Assembly (NCBI GenBank): GCA_900617105.1
Contig: UYFQ01000600.1
Location: forward strand, 186,001 to 250,000
DNA from: Hydrurus foetidus
Taxonomy: Eukaryota
Length of the DNA: 64,000 nt
Direction: 5' to 3'
Shown here: positions 10,576 to 21,920 of the stretch, piece by piece
Position numbering within the stretch: the stretch's first letter is position 1
Layout: the number at the start of each line of letters is the position of its first letter
Notes under the pieces: model-generated
Seen by the model: the letters and a program-made list of their open reading frames with translations, nothing else
Databases searched by the model: none
Told to the model about the DNA's origin: nothing
Made by a program: the position numbers and the translations under genes

Positions 10576-10956
10576 TTAGCGCCGCTTCCGCCCGGCCCGC
10601 TCTGCGGCGATCTCGAGGTTCTGGACGACCCGATACTGGACGATCTCGCGAACCAGGGCCTCAGGCAGGGGCTTGTCCGGCTGAAAGCGGATCGTGCCCT
10701 TGCTGGTGTCGAAAGCCGCCAGCTGCTCGGCGAAATGGCCAATCACCGATCCCGCATAGAGGGAGCAGTGTCTGGCCGCCGCGCCGAAATGCACCAGATT
10801 GCCGTGCAGCTTGAAGGTGGGCAGACCGTAGCTGATGGCTTCCTCCGCATCCGGCACGACCGCGCGGATCTGACGGCGTAGGGCCTCGAGCGCGGCACGC
10901 TGGTCGTCCGGCAGGTCGGCCAGATAGGCCTCGGTCGAGATGGCGGCCGGTTTCAC
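10576..10956 (-). CDS. DUF1801 / YdhG-like protein
   Basis: EAYLADLP...LEALRRQI...EEAISYGLPTF...SKGTIRF; GGAGG RBS before GTG. Confidence 0.85.
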   Translation of the reverse strand: MKPAAISTEAYLADLPDDQRAALEALRRQIRAVVPDAEEAISYGLPTFKLHGNLVHFGAAARHCSLYAGSVIGHFAEQLAAFDTSKGTIRFQPDKPLPEALVREIVQYRVVQNLEIAAERAGRKRR

Positions 10957-10977
10957 GGTGGATCCTCCCTGCGGGTC

Positions 10978-12472
10978 CTACTTCACCCCGTACAGCGCCA
11001 TGACGTCCTTGCGGAACGCCGCGCCGCTGTCGGGACGGCTGTAGAACATGTGGCCGCCGGCATAGTTGGACAGGGTGACGCGGCCCACGGTGGCCGGCAT
11101 GGCGTCGACGATCCAGGCGCGAGGCGAAGAACGGGCACGACAGGTCGTTATAGCCGTGCACGATCAGCACCTTCAGCTTGGGGTCGACCGAGACGATCTT
11201 GCGCAGGTCGGTCACCGACTCGGTGTCGGGGCCCTTGCCGCGATCCCAGCTGCGGTTGACCACGTCCGACAGGGCGTCATAGCGCACGTCCGGCTTCCAG
11301 CCGACGATGCGGGTGGTGAAGTCGACGACGGCGCTGGTGGTCGGGGCGATGATGGCGTCGAGGATCGGGTCGTTGACTTCCTGCTCGGGCGCGAAGGGGA
11401 AGGGATCCAGGGCGGTGACATTGCTGTCGTAACGGCTGCCCAGGCGGCCGGTGTCACGGAACACCTCGCGCAGGAACGACTGGGTCTCCAGACGCCCGCC
11501 GGCCCGGCGGACGAACTTGGGATCCAGGCCCGTCATGGCCGAGACCTTGGTCGTCAGGCGGTCCAGGGCGGCGGGGTCGGAGCCCTTCATCAGGTCGACC
11601 ATGTATTCGCCGCGCGTATAGTCCTCGACGGCCTTGATGCTCTCGGGCGTCAGCTTGCCGTCGCGCTCCAGCTTGGCGGCCGCGATCGACGGCAGGGTCC
11701 ACATCGACGGCAGGGGCGAGATTTCCTGGCCCTGGCGACCGGCGCTGGTCAGCAGCGGCGAGACCAGAACCACGCCCTTCACCGCCACGCCCAGATCGGT
11801 CTGCAGGGTGTAGGCCAGGCGCGGGCCCCGGAAGCCGCCATAGCTTTCGCCGACGATGTATTTCGGCGAGGCCAGACGCTCGGTCTTGACCAGATAGTCG
11901 AAGACGATGCGCGACAGATAGTCGATGTCCTGTTTCACGCCATAGAAGCGCTTCTTGGTCTCCTCCTCGGTGGTCAGGCTGCGCGAGAAGCCGGTGCCGA
12001 CCGGGTCGATGAAGACGATGTCGGTGAAGTCCATCCAGCTGGCGGGATTGTCTTCCAGCTTCACGGGCGCGGACGGGCTGTCGCCCTCGGCGCCGAACTG
12101 CACGCGCTTGGGACCCAGGGCGAAGTTCAGATAGACCGAGGCCGCGCCCGGACCGCCGTTGAAGGCGAAGGTGATGGGGCGGTTCGGATCACGCGGCCCG
12201 TCCAGGGTGTAGGCGGTAAACACCACCTCGGCGATCTTCTTGCCCTTCTCGTCGCGCACCGGCATGGCGCCGACCGTGGCGGTGTAGGCCAGGGCCTTGC
12301 CGCCCACCGTGGCGGTCTGCTTGACCGACTTGTCGGCCGGGAACGGCGTCAGCTCGCTGGCGGCCGGCTTGTCGCCGGAGGGTTTGGCGTCCTGGGCGAA
12401 AACGCCGCCCGAACCGGCCAGAGCGCCCGCCAGAACCAGGGCCGCGAGCCCGGCCTTGAATGAATTTCGCAT
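10978..12472 (-). CDS. S10 family serine carboxypeptidase (frameshift near 11120)
   Basis: Signal peptide; FNGGPGAAS, DPVGTGFS, GESYGG, YAGGHMFY. Confidence 0.92.
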
Positions 12473-12572
12473 CCACACCCCCATACTGAGGCCGAAATTG
12501 CTAGTGCATGATCGCCAGCTTCACAACCGGCTCAGGGCGTGATCCTGTCGCGGCGCAGGCGAGGAGACGGCC

Positions 12573-14339
12573 ATGGACCAGACGGCAAGCCAATCAGCCC
12601 GGACGACCACCGCCATCCGGCTCGCGACGGGGCTGCTGCAGGGCCTGGCGCTGTTCCTGCTGCACCAGGCGCAGGAGGCCAAGGTCTGGCCGGCCACCCA
12701 GCCCCTGGCCTTCGCGCCGCTGGTGCTGATCGCCCTGTTTGCGCCCTTCGTGATCCTGGCCGGGATCGGGGCCCTGCGCCGCAACAGCCTGATCGTCTGG
12801 GCGCTGGGGGCTGCGGCCTTCGCCGCGGGCCTGGCCTTCTATGGCGCCTGGCAGGGCGTCGACGCTGACAAGATGCCCGGCTTCCCGGTCTTTGCGGCCA
12901 TCGCCGCCGGCCTGTTCATCGCCCACCACCTGATCCAGCCGGCCGAGGCCGAGCGGCGGGTCGTGGCCCGCTATCCGGCCTATTTCGACATCACCTGGAT
13001 GCACGGGGTGCAGCTGGCCCTGTCGGCGGCCTTCACCGGGGCGTTCTGGATCCTGCTGTTCCTCGGCGCCTCGCTGTTCAAACTGATCGGCATCGACGCC
13101 TTCCAGAAGCTGATCAGCGAAGAGGCCTTCGCCTTCCCCGCCACCACGGTGATGTTCGCCGCGGCCGTGCAGCTGACCGACGTGCGCTCGACCCTGGTGC
13201 GCGGCGTGCGCACCGTGGCCCTGACCCTGCTGGCCTGGCTGCTGCCGCTGATGACCCTGATCGCGGCCGGCTTCCTGGCCAGCCTGCCGTTCACGGGGCT
13301 GGAGCCCTTGTGGAAGACCAAGGCCGCCACCGCCCTGCTGCTGACCGCCGCCGCCCACCTGATCGTGCTGATCAACGCCGCCTATCAGGATGGCGAGGAC
13401 GCCCCGCCCGTGGTCCTGAAATGGGCCGCGCGGCTGGCCGGCCTGCTGCTGGTCCCCATCAGCCTGCTGGCCGCCTATGGCCTGGCCCTGCGCATCGGCC
13501 AGTACGGCCTGACGCCCGAGCGGGTGTTCGCCGCCGCCTTCGTGGTGATCGCGGCCGGCTACGCCCTGGGCTACACGATCGCCGCCGTGCGGCCGGGCGC
13601 CTGGATGAAGGCGCTGGAAAAGACCAACATCGCCCAGGCCTTCGTGGCCATCGCCCTGATCCTGGCCCTGTTCACCCCGATCGCCGATCCGGCCCGACTG
13701 TCGGTGCAGGACCAGGTGGGGCGACTGGAGCGCGGCAAGGTCAAGGTCGAGGCCTTCGACTTCCAGTTCCTGCGCTTTGACAGCGGACGGTATGGCAAGG
13801 CGGCGCTGGAGACGCTGAAGGCGAGCCAGGACGCAGCGATCGCCAAGGGCGCGAGCTGCGGCGGCTCAGGCGAACAAGGTCGCGCCGGTCACCGAAAGAT
13901 CGATCTTTCAAGATCAAAGGTCCATCCCTCGGCGCGCCCTGCCCGATAGCTTCCTGCGCCAGGACTGGCGCGCGGACTCCGGCTCATCCTGCATCGGCTG
14001 GGGCTCCAATGCTCGGCCTTGCTGCTCGACACCGACGGACGGCGTCGACGAAGTGCTGATGTTCGCCAGCGGCGGTTTCGACGTGTTCAAGCTTGTGGAT
14101 GGCCGCTGGCGCAAGACGGCCGAGGCGTCTTCGGCTGCGACGACATCAATGTGGACGCGGCGCTGAAGGCGGGAACCGTCCGCATGTCCGAGCCGGTGCA
14201 GCGCCGCGATATCGTGGTGGAGACCTGCGCATGGTGATCACTGCCTGCGGGTGACGGCTGCGCCGGCGCGGAATCCTCCTCCGACGGTCCGAAAGGCCCA
14301 TCGGTCGCGCCAAGCCCCCTCAGCAACGCGCCCTTCTAG
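12573..14339 (+). CDS. DUF4153-like integral membrane protein (several frameshifts after about 13850)
   Basis: Many TM helices and RIGQYGLTPER motif; 3' end reconstructed. Confidence 0.7.
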
Positions 14340-16135
14340 CCCACCCCTTCGCTGACCGCATTGAGCCGCGCATAGACCCCGCCCTTGGCCTTCAGCTCGG
14401 CATGGCGGCCTTCCTCGACCACCCGGCCCTTCTGGAACACCAGGATGCGATCCGCCCCGCGCACGGTCGACAGGCGGTGGGCGATGACGATGGTGGTGCG
14501 GCCGGCCATCAGGCTCTCGGCGGCGATCTGGACCTCGGCCTCGGTCTCGACGTCGAGCGACGAGGTCGCCTCGTCCAGCACCAGGATCGGGGCGTCGGCC
14601 AGGAAGGCGCGGGCGATGGCCACGCGCTGGCGCTCGCCGCCCGACAGCTTGACGCCGCGCTCGCCGACCAGGGTGTCGTAGCCCTTGGGCAGGCCCAGGA
14701 TGAACTCGTGGGCATGAGCCTTGCGGGCCGCCGCCTCGATCTCTTCGCGGGTGGCGTCCGGCTTGCCGTAGGCAATGTTCTCCAGCAGCGTGCGGTGGAA
14801 CAGGGCCGGGTCCTGCGGCACCACCGCGATGGCGCGGCGCAGCGAGCCCTGCGTCACCGCCGACACGTCCTGGCCGTCGATGACGATGCGGCCGCCCTGC
14901 AGGTCGTGCAGGCGCTGGATCAGCTTGACGAAGGTCGACTTGCCCGACCCGGTCGGCCCCACCAGGGCCACCCGCTCGCCGGGCGCGATGGTCAGCGAGA
15001 ACTCATCGTAAAGCGGCGCGCCGGCCGCCTTGTAGCGGAAGGTCACGGTCTCGAAGGCGATGGCGCCTGGGCCGGGGCCGATCTGGAAGGCGGGGGCCTC
15101 CGGCGCGTCGGCGATCTGCGGGGCCAGGCGATCCCAGGCGGCGACGTCCTCGCTGTCGTCCAGACCCTTCTGCAGCATGCGGATGTTCTCACCCAGATTG
15201 CGCAGATAGCCGCTCATCAGCATGAAGGCGGTGATGGCGAAGGCCACGTCGCCGGGGCTGGCCGTGCCCTGGCTCCAGCCCCAGACCATCGAGCCGGTCA
15301 GACCCGCCTGCAAAACCACCAGCAGCAGGTTCTGGCCCAGCCACACATCGGTGAAGCGGTTCCAGGTGACCATCACCGCATCGCGCCACTGGGCCGTGAC
15401 CTGGGCGATCCGGGCGGTCTCGCGCGCCTCGGCCCCGAAGCTCTTGACGGTGGGGTTGGAGGTCACGGCATCGGCCAGGGCCCCGCCGATCTGCGAGTCC
15501 AGGGCGTTGGAGCGCAGGTTGCTGGGCCGCACATAGCGCTCGATGACGATCAGGTTGGCGGCCAGATAGGCGGCGATCACCACCAGCGAGATCACGCCCG
15601 CCATCGGCTGGCGAAACAGCATCATGATCGACAGGCCAAACAGCACCACCAGGCCTGGACCCAGCCAGATGGTCACCGCGTCGGTGACGCTGTCATAGCC
15701 CCACATGGCCCGCGTCAGCTTGCGCACCGTGGCCCCGGCGAAGCTGTCGGCGTGCCAGTCCGACGAGAAGGCCTGCACCTTGGCGAAGCCCTCGTTGGTC
15801 ATCTCTTCCATGTTGCGGGCGGCCAGCGGGATCCAGAACCGGTGCGAGATGTTGCGCACCACCGCGAAGGCGAAATAGACGCCGACGAACAGCCACAGCG
15901 CCGACCAGGCGGCCGGGTCGCCGCGCGGCTTGTCGACCACCGCATCGATCAGGTGTCCCGAGGCATAGGGCAGGGCCAGGTCAAAGGCCACGGCCGCCAG
16001 GGTCAGGGCCACGCCCAGCCCGAACAGCACCGGCCGCCGCTTCCAGAACTGCGCGATGAAGCCCAGCACCTGCCCGTTGGACAGCACCCGCTTGCGGTTT
16101 CCCGCTTCGTCCTCGTCGTCGATGAAGTCGCTCAT
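14336..16135 (-). CDS. ABC transporter, fused permease/ATPase
   Basis: GPTGSGKST Walker A, LSGGERQR signature, ILVLDEATS, N-terminal TM domain. Confidence 0.93.
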   Translation of the reverse strand: MSDFIDDEDEAGNRKRVLSNGQVLGFIAQFWKRRPVLFGLGVALTLAAVAFDLALPYASGHLIDAVVDKPRGDPAAWSALWLFVGVYFAFAVVRNISHRFWIPLAARNMEEMTNEGFAKVQAFSSDWHADSFAGATVRKLTRAMWGYDSVTDAVTIWLGPGLVVLFGLSIMMLFRQPMAGVISLVVIAAYLAANLIVIERYVRPSNLRSNALDSQIGGALADAVTSNPTVKSFGAEARETARIAQVTAQWRDAVMVTWNRFTDVWLGQNLLLVVLQAGLTGSMVWGWSQGTASPGDVAFAITAFMLMSGYLRNLGENIRMLQKGLDDSEDVAAWDRLAPQIADAPEAPAFQIGPGPGAIAFETVTFRYKAAGAPLYDEFSLTIAPGERVALVGPTGSGKSTFVKLIQRLHDLQGGRIVIDGQDVSAVTQGSLRRAIAVVPQDPALFHRTLLENIAYGKPDATREEIEAAARKAHAHEFILGLPKGYDTLVGERGVKLSGGERQRVAIARAFLADAPILVLDEATSSLDVETEAEVQIAAESLMAGRTTIVIAHRLSTVRGADRILVFQKGRVVEEGRHAELKAKGGVYARLNAVSEGVG

Positions 16136-16175
16136 GATGGGCGGTAGATAGGGGTTTGGCGCTCCGAGCGAGAAC

Positions 16176-16441
16176 CTAGCGCCGTCGGAACGGCCGCCAG
16201 CGCAGGAAGCCCCTGATCGCCGGACCCACCACCGGCGTGCGCAGCAGGGGCCGCACCACCAAAGGCCGGGTCTTGAGGAAACAGACCACCGCCCCGATCC
16301 AGAACACCGTGGTCGGCATGCCGGGCACCACAATGCCCACCGCGCCGGTGGCGACCAGGGCCCCGCCCAGACCGTCCAGCGCCCAGCGCTCGGCGCGGGT
16401 CAGGCGGCGGCGGGCTTTGCGATCGGGATCGACGCCGTCAT
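16176..16441 (-). CDS. YbaN/DUF454 family membrane protein (likely frameshift near start)
   Basis: GAVGIVVPGMPTTVFWIGAVVCF motif. Confidence 0.7.
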
Positions 16442-16554
16442 CGCCGCAACCATCGCGCCTCTGGCGGTTGCTGTCGAGCGCGGCCGCCGACTCTGGCCGC
16501 CGCCGTGTGACGTCCTTCCGGTGGTTCGGCGGAACCTCGCTAAGCCTTTGGCCC

Positions 16555-17482
16555 ATGACGACCATCCTGCCCGACGCCGCCCCGACCAACTGGGTCGACC
16601 GCCATGCGCCCCGGCGCTGCGCCCCTGGCTGAAGCTGGGGCGTTTTGACCGGCCGGCCGGGATCTGGCTGCTGATGCTGCCCGGCTGGCAGGGCATCGCC
16701 CTGGCCGGGGCCGAGAAGGGCCAATGGCCCAATCCGTTGCTGCTGATCGCCTTCTTCGTCGGCGCGGCCCTGATGCGGGCGGCCGGCTGCGCGTTCAACG
16801 ACATCATCGACCGCGACTTCGACGCCCAGGTCAGCCGCACAGCGATGCGGCCGATCCCGGCGGGGCAGATCAGCGTCAAACAGGCCTGGGCCTTCGTGAT
16901 CGGCTGCTGCGGGGTGAGCTTCCTGATCCTGGTGTGTCTGGGCTGGCTGGCCATCGGGCTGGGCGTGCTTTCGCTGGGGCTGGTGGCCGCCTATCCGTTC
17001 ATGAAGCGCATCACCTGGTGGCCGCAGGCCTGGCTGGGCCTGACCTTCAACTGGGGCGTCCTGCTGGGCTATGCCGCCGCCACGGGACAGCTGAGCTGGA
17101 CCGCCGCCCTGCTCTACGCCAGCGGCATCTTCTGGACCCTGGGCTATGACACCATCTACGCCGTGCAGGACCTGGAAGACGACGCCCTGGCCGGCGTGAA
17201 ATCCTCGGCTCGCCGGCTGGGCGACAGGGCCCAGTACGCGGTGGCCGCCTTCTATGCGGCGTCGTTCGTGCTGGCCGTGGCGGCGGCCTGGGTGGGCAAT
17301 CTGGGCGCGCTGTTCCTGCCGCTGGTCGCGCTGTTCGCGGTGCATCTGTCACGGCAGGCTGCCGCGCTGCGGCTGGATGATCCAGCCGGGCGCTGAAGCT
17401 GTTCAAATCCAACACCCTGGCGGGGCTGGTGCTGTTCCTGGCGCTGGTGGCGGGGCTGTGGAGGCCGGAGACGCGGTTTTAA
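16555..17482 (+). CDS. ubiA: 4-hydroxybenzoate polyprenyltransferase (frameshifts at both ends)
   Basis: RFDRPAG, NDIIDRDFD..V.RT..RP, YPFMKR, YDTIYAVQDLEDD. Confidence 0.93.
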
Positions 17483-17493
17483 AGCCGTTAAAC

Positions 17494-17596
17494 CTTGTCA
17501 TCCCGGCCAAGCGCGAAGCGCGCAGACCCAGGGGCAACCGCATTGCGTTGGCCCCTGGGTCCCGGCTCTCCGCTGCGCTGCGGCCGGGATGACAAG
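17494..17596. repeat. REP-like palindrome (GTCATCCCG class), inverted sibling of 6877-6983
   Basis: Reverse complement closely matches the first ~70 nt of the 6877 copy. Confidence 0.88.
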
Positions 17597-17611
17597 CTAT
17601 TTTGATCCGAT

Positions 17612-17953
17612 CTAGAACGGCCCGTTGCTGTAGATCCGCTCCATGCCCTTCTCCAGCTCGGCCAGCCGCCCGTCATAGGCGCGATTCAGGCAGGCCTTGT
17701 TGCTTCCACACTGGTGGCGGTCGGTCAGCCACTGCTGCTGCTGGTCCATCAAGCGCCGCGCCCGCCCATGGCCAGGGTGCGCCTGTTGATGCCGTACAGA
17801 ACGTCCATCCGCACGTCCTTGTCGTTGAGGGCGCGTTCGGCGCAGATCGCCTTCTCGTCGGCGGTGCGGGCCTTTGCAGTCGAAGCTGGCGGCGCTGGCC
17901 GAGCCGGCCATGCAGGTGAAGGCGAGAATTAGGCCGAGGGACACGGGACGCAT
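17612..17953 (-). CDS. LprI-like secreted protein (frameshifted)
   Basis: Signal peptide, AASFDC, QQQWLTDRHQCGSNKACLNRAYDGRLAEL. Confidence 0.75.
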   Translation of the reverse strand: MRPVSLGLILAFTCMAGSASAASFDCKGPHRRREGDLRRTRPQRQGRADGRSVRHQQAHPGHGRARRLMDQQQQWLTDRHQCGSNKACLNRAYDGRLAELEKGMERIYSNGPF

Positions 17954-18026
17954 GGGGAAATCTCCGAAAGGGCGATGACGCCACGTCATCCTTCATGACC
18001 CAAGCTGAATGTGAAATGATGGTTCC

Positions 18027-18982
18027 ATGACCGTTGCCTCACGCGTCAAGCCGCTGGACCTGTTTACACCCGAGGAATGGGCGAAGGTCTCGGCGCGCTC
18101 GTCCTGGCGCGGGATCTGGATGGTGGCCCACGCCTGGGGAACGATCCTGCTGGCCGGCGGCCTGTTCGTGGCCTTCCCCAACCCGCTGACCTATGTGCTC
18201 GCGGTGATGATCATCGGCGCGCGGCAGCTGGGCCTGGCGATCCTGATGCACGAGGCGGCCCATGGCGGCCTGCATCCCAACCTCAAGGTCAATGACTGGA
18301 TCGGCGAGTGGCTGTGCGCGGCCCCGACGGGCGCCTCGCTGAAGAGCTATCGCCCCTATCACCTGACCCACCATAAATACGCCCAGCAGGCCGAGGATCC
18401 CGACCTGATCCTGTCGGCCCCGTTCCCGACCACGCGGCAGTCCCTGAACCGCAAGATCATCCGCGACCTGACCGGCCAGACCTTCTTCAAGCAGCGGTTC
18501 GGCCCCTGCTGGAGCAAGCTCAAGGGCTCGAAAGCCATTGGCCAGCCGAAGGCGCGATCTTCAGCGGCGAGATCGCCCGGCCAGAAGCCGTTCCTGCTGT
18601 GGAACCTGGGCCTGCTAGTCGCCCTGTCGATGGTGGCCTGTGGTGGGCGTGGCTGGCCCTGTGGATCGTGCCGATGGCGACCTGGTTCCCGCTGGTCACC
18701 CGCCTGCGCAACATCGCCGAGCACGCCCTGGTCGCCAAGGACGAGCCCGACCCGTTCCGCCACGCCCGCACCACCAAGGCCAATGGGATCGAGCGCCTGC
18801 TGATCGCGCCCTACCACGTCAACTTCCACGCCGAGCACCACATGTTCATGCACACCCCGTGCTGGAACCTGCCGCTGGCCCATCGGCTGCTGGAGCAGAA
18901 GGGCCTGACGGGCGGCATGCTGACCGCGCCGGGGTATCTGAGCGTGCTGAAGGCGGCGTCGAGCAAACCGGTCGCCGCCTAA
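18027..18982 (+). CDS. Fatty acid desaturase family protein (frameshifted)
   Basis: Three His boxes: HEAAH, HLTHH, HAEHH. Confidence 0.88.
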
Positions 18983-18988
18983 ACTCAG

Positions 18989-19123
18989 TCCGTCATTCCC
19001 GCCCTTGTGGCGGGAACCCCTGGTTCAGCTGACACGTGAAGCGCAAGCGGATCGCTGGCGATCCGCCCCTCCCGCACCTGCGGCGGACAGAGGGGTTCCC
19101 GCCACAAGGGCGGGAATGACGGA
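18989..19123. repeat. REP-like palindrome (GTCATTCCCG variant)
   Basis: Perfect 33-bp inverted repeat TCCGTCATTCCCGCCCTTGTGGCGGGAACCCCT; each arm is itself a hairpin. Confidence 0.9.
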
Positions 19124-19174
19124 AGCTAGATGGGCATGTTGGCTTGATGGTCTCGGTAGTGCTCTAAGCGCCGG

Positions 19175-19834
19175 ATGATCGACCAGACGCTGGAAGGCCA
19201 CCGCGCCTTCATTCTTGAGAACACCCGCGTCCAGGCGCCGCCGCATGCGCCCGAGCTTTCCCTGCATCTGGCCGACGAGATCACCCCGATCTGGAAACTG
19301 ACCGAAGAAGCCCTGGAGGAACTGGGCCTGGCGCCGCCGTTCTGGGCCTTCGCCTGGGCGGGCGGGCAGGCCCTGGCGCGCTACATCCTCGACAACCCCA
19401 CGAGCGTGGCCGGCAAGACCGTGGTCGACTTCGCCACCGGCTCGGGGATCGTGGCCATCGCGGCGATGAAGGCGGGCGCCAAAAGCGTGCTGGCCAATGA
19501 CATCGACAGTTTCTGCCAGGCGGCCGTCAGCCTGAACGCCCAGGTCAACGGCGTCGAGATCGCCTTCACCGACGCCAACCTGCTGGAGGGCCCGCCCCCG
19601 GCCTGCGACGTGCTGCTGGCCGGCGACATCTGCTACGAGAAACCGATGGCCGAGGCGGTGATGGCCTGGATGCGCCAGGGCCGCGCCTCTGGCTCCACCG
19701 TGCTGATCGGCGATCCGGGCCGAACCTATTTCCGCAAGGACGACCTGATCAAGCTGGCCGAATACCAGGTCGAGACCACCCGCGAGCTGGAAGATTTCGC
19801 CGTCAAGCGCACCTGCGTCTGGACTCTGCCGTGA
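19175..19834 (+). CDS. Class I SAM-dependent methyltransferase (METTL20/ETFbeta lysine-methyltransferase-like)
   Basis: PFWAFAWAGGQALARY, VDFATGSG, GDICYE, IGDPGR. Confidence 0.85.
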   Translation: MIDQTLEGHRAFILENTRVQAPPHAPELSLHLADEITPIWKLTEEALEELGLAPPFWAFAWAGGQALARYILDNPTSVAGKTVVDFATGSGIVAIAAMKAGAKSVLANDIDSFCQAAVSLNAQVNGVEIAFTDANLLEGPPPACDVLLAGDICYEKPMAEAVMAWMRQGRASGSTVLIGDPGRTYFRKDDLIKLAEYQVETTRELEDFAVKRTCVWTLP

Positions 19835-19844
19835 CGGCATTTTA

Positions 19845-19859
19845 GAACAATAAGAGAAC
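19845..19859 (+). promoter_or_regulatory. LexA (SOS) box
   Basis: GAAC-AATAAGA-GAAC matches the alphaproteobacterial GAAC-N7-GAAC consensus, 19 nt before the VOC gene. Confidence 0.85.
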
Positions 19860-19878
19860 AAATCTGGAGATCGCGACC

Positions 19879-20223
19879 ATGCGCGAAGACGGCAAGATCG
19901 ACTATATCGAGTGGCCCGCGACCAACCTGCCGGCCACCAAGGGCTTCTACCAGGCGGCGTTTGGCTGGGCCTTCGCCGACTATGGCCCCGACTACGCCGC
20001 CTTCGCAGGCCAGGGCGCCGACGGCGGCTTCTGCACCCCGCAGGAAAGCTCGACCGACAAGCCGCTGGTGATCCTGTATGCGCATGATCTGGAGGCCATG
20101 GCGGCCAAGGTCACGGCCGCCGGCGGCGTGATCACCGCGCCGATCTTCAGCTTTCCGGGCGGTCGGCGGTTCCATTTCACTGATCCGTCCGGCAACGAGC
20201 TGGGGGTCTGGAGCGAGACCTAG
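19879..20223 (+). CDS. mmcA: VOC/glyoxalase family protein, probable mitomycin C resistance protein
   Basis: IDYIEW, DYGPDY, FPGGRRFHFTDPSGNELGVW; SOS box upstream and position near proA as I recall for C. crescentus mmcA. Confidence 0.72.
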   Translation: MREDGKIDYIEWPATNLPATKGFYQAAFGWAFADYGPDYAAFAGQGADGGFCTPQESSTDKPLVILYAHDLEAMAAKVTAAGGVITAPIFSFPGGRRFHFTDPSGNELGVWSET

Positions 20224-20231
20224 GTTTCAGA

Positions 20232-20441
20232 TCCTCCCCCGCTGGGGGCCTATCGCCTGTGAACAGAAAAGGCTGTCATCCCGCCCCAGCCTTGGCCCGA
20301 GCGCGCAGCGCGAAGATCCGGGACCGACGCCTGAGCGCCGCGTTCCTGGTCGGTCCCGGATCTGCGCCCGGCTTCGCCAGGCTTGTCCGGGATGACAATT
20401 GGGGACGCGGTCCATGGGCGATAGCCCTCCCCCAAAGGGAG
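20232..20441. repeat. Nested composite repeat
   Basis: Inner TGTCATCCCG...CGGGATGACA element (20274-20397) inside an outer imperfect inverted repeat CCTCCCCC..GGGGG.CTATCGCC / GGCGATAG.CCTCCCCC..GGGAG. Confidence 0.75.
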
Positions 20442-20503
20442 CCTCTAAAAACCGTCACACGCCGTCGCTAATGTCCGGGCCCGGAGTATCGGGGCCAGAT
20501 CAG

Positions 20504-21014
20504 ATGAGCGAGCGAAGCTGCGGCGACTGCGGGATGTGCTGCAAGGTCCTGCACATCAGCGAACTGGAAAAGGCCGCCGGCGTCTGGTGCAGCCATTTCA
20601 AGAAGGGCGGCGGCTGCGGCAATTACGAGGCCCGGCCCCAGGCCTGCCGGGGCTTTACCTGCCTGTGGCTGGACTCGGTGCGGCTGGACGACGCCTGGCG
20701 GCCCGACCGGGCCGGGTTCCTGATGTATCCCGACAAGGACGGCAAGCGCCTGAACGTCGTGGTCGACACCGGCAAGCCGACCGCGTGGAAGCGCGAGCCC
20801 TATTATTCCAAGCTGAAAGCCATGTCGCAGCGGGCCTATGACGGCTTCGAGCTGATGATCTGCATCGGCGACCGCCGGGTGGTGATGTTCCCGTCCGAAG
20901 ATGTCGACCTGGGCGTGCTCAATCCCGACCACAAGGTGGTCAGCGGCTATGTCGAGCGCGAGGGCGTGCAGGTGCCGTTCGCCATGGTGCTGAGCGACGT
21001 CGCCGCGAGCCTAG
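20504..21014 (+). CDS. YkgJ family cysteine-cluster protein (3' end uncertain; ORF as read runs to 21088)
   Basis: CGDCGMCC, WCSH, CGNYEARPQACRGFTCLW. Confidence 0.8.
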
Positions 21015-21887
21015 AACTTCGGCCCGGAAGCCTGGCCGAAATCCCGCGTCGCATCCCCGCTGTCGGGAAGGATCAGAACTTTGGGTGAAACCACGCCGCA
21101 TCCGCGCGCCCATGCGCCCATGGCCGCCGTGGCCCCAGGCAGGACCGGCGAGGCCGCCTTCAGCATCAGGCCAAACAGGGCCGGCGGCAGGGAGACAACC
21201 AACGGCCTGCGCCCCAGCCCCTCGAACACCCGCGTCGCCATCTGGCGATAGGTCAGGGTCTCGCCGCCCACCAGGTCATAGGCCCGGTCCTGCGCGGCCG
21301 GCGCGGTCGCCGCCGCCAGGGCGCCGAGGGCCAGGTCCTGGGCATGGACCGGCTGGCGCAGGCCCTCGCCCCGGCCCGACAGCGGCAACACGCCAAACCG
21401 GCGGATCAGGCCGGCCAGGCGGCTGACATTGCCGTCGCGGCCCTCGTCATAGATCAGGGTCGGTCGCAGCACGGTCCAGGCCACGCCCTGGGCGGCGCAG
21501 AACCGCTCCACCGCCGCCTCGGCGTCGGCCAGGCTGGCGGCCACGGCGCGTTCCTCGGGAACGTCCGAGGCCTGTTTGGTGAAGCGGCTGGTCGAGGAAA
21601 AGGCCACCAGCCGGGTCATGCCCTTGGGCCTTCAGGGCCGGCAAAGCGGCGGGCAGCAGCCAGATCGGCGACAGCGAAAACACCGTCGCCACCGGCGGCA
21701 GGCCGTCTTCCAGATGCGGATCGGACAGGTCCGCGTCCAGCCAGCAGGCCTCGCCGCTCGGCGGCCGACGGCTGACCGCCACCGGGTCGACCCCGGCCGC
21801 GCGCAGGCGATCCAGCAGATAGCCGCCGATCAGGCTGGTCGCGCCCAGCACCAGCACCGGCGTCTTCAGGGTGTTCGAAACGGTCAT
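21011..21887 (-). CDS. NAD-dependent epimerase/dehydratase (frameshifted)
   Basis: VLVLGATSLIG, WTVLRPTLIY, LRQPVHAQDLA. Confidence 0.82.
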
Positions 21888-21920
21888 CCTGTTTCTATAG
21901 TCGAGCCGGAGAAAACGCCC

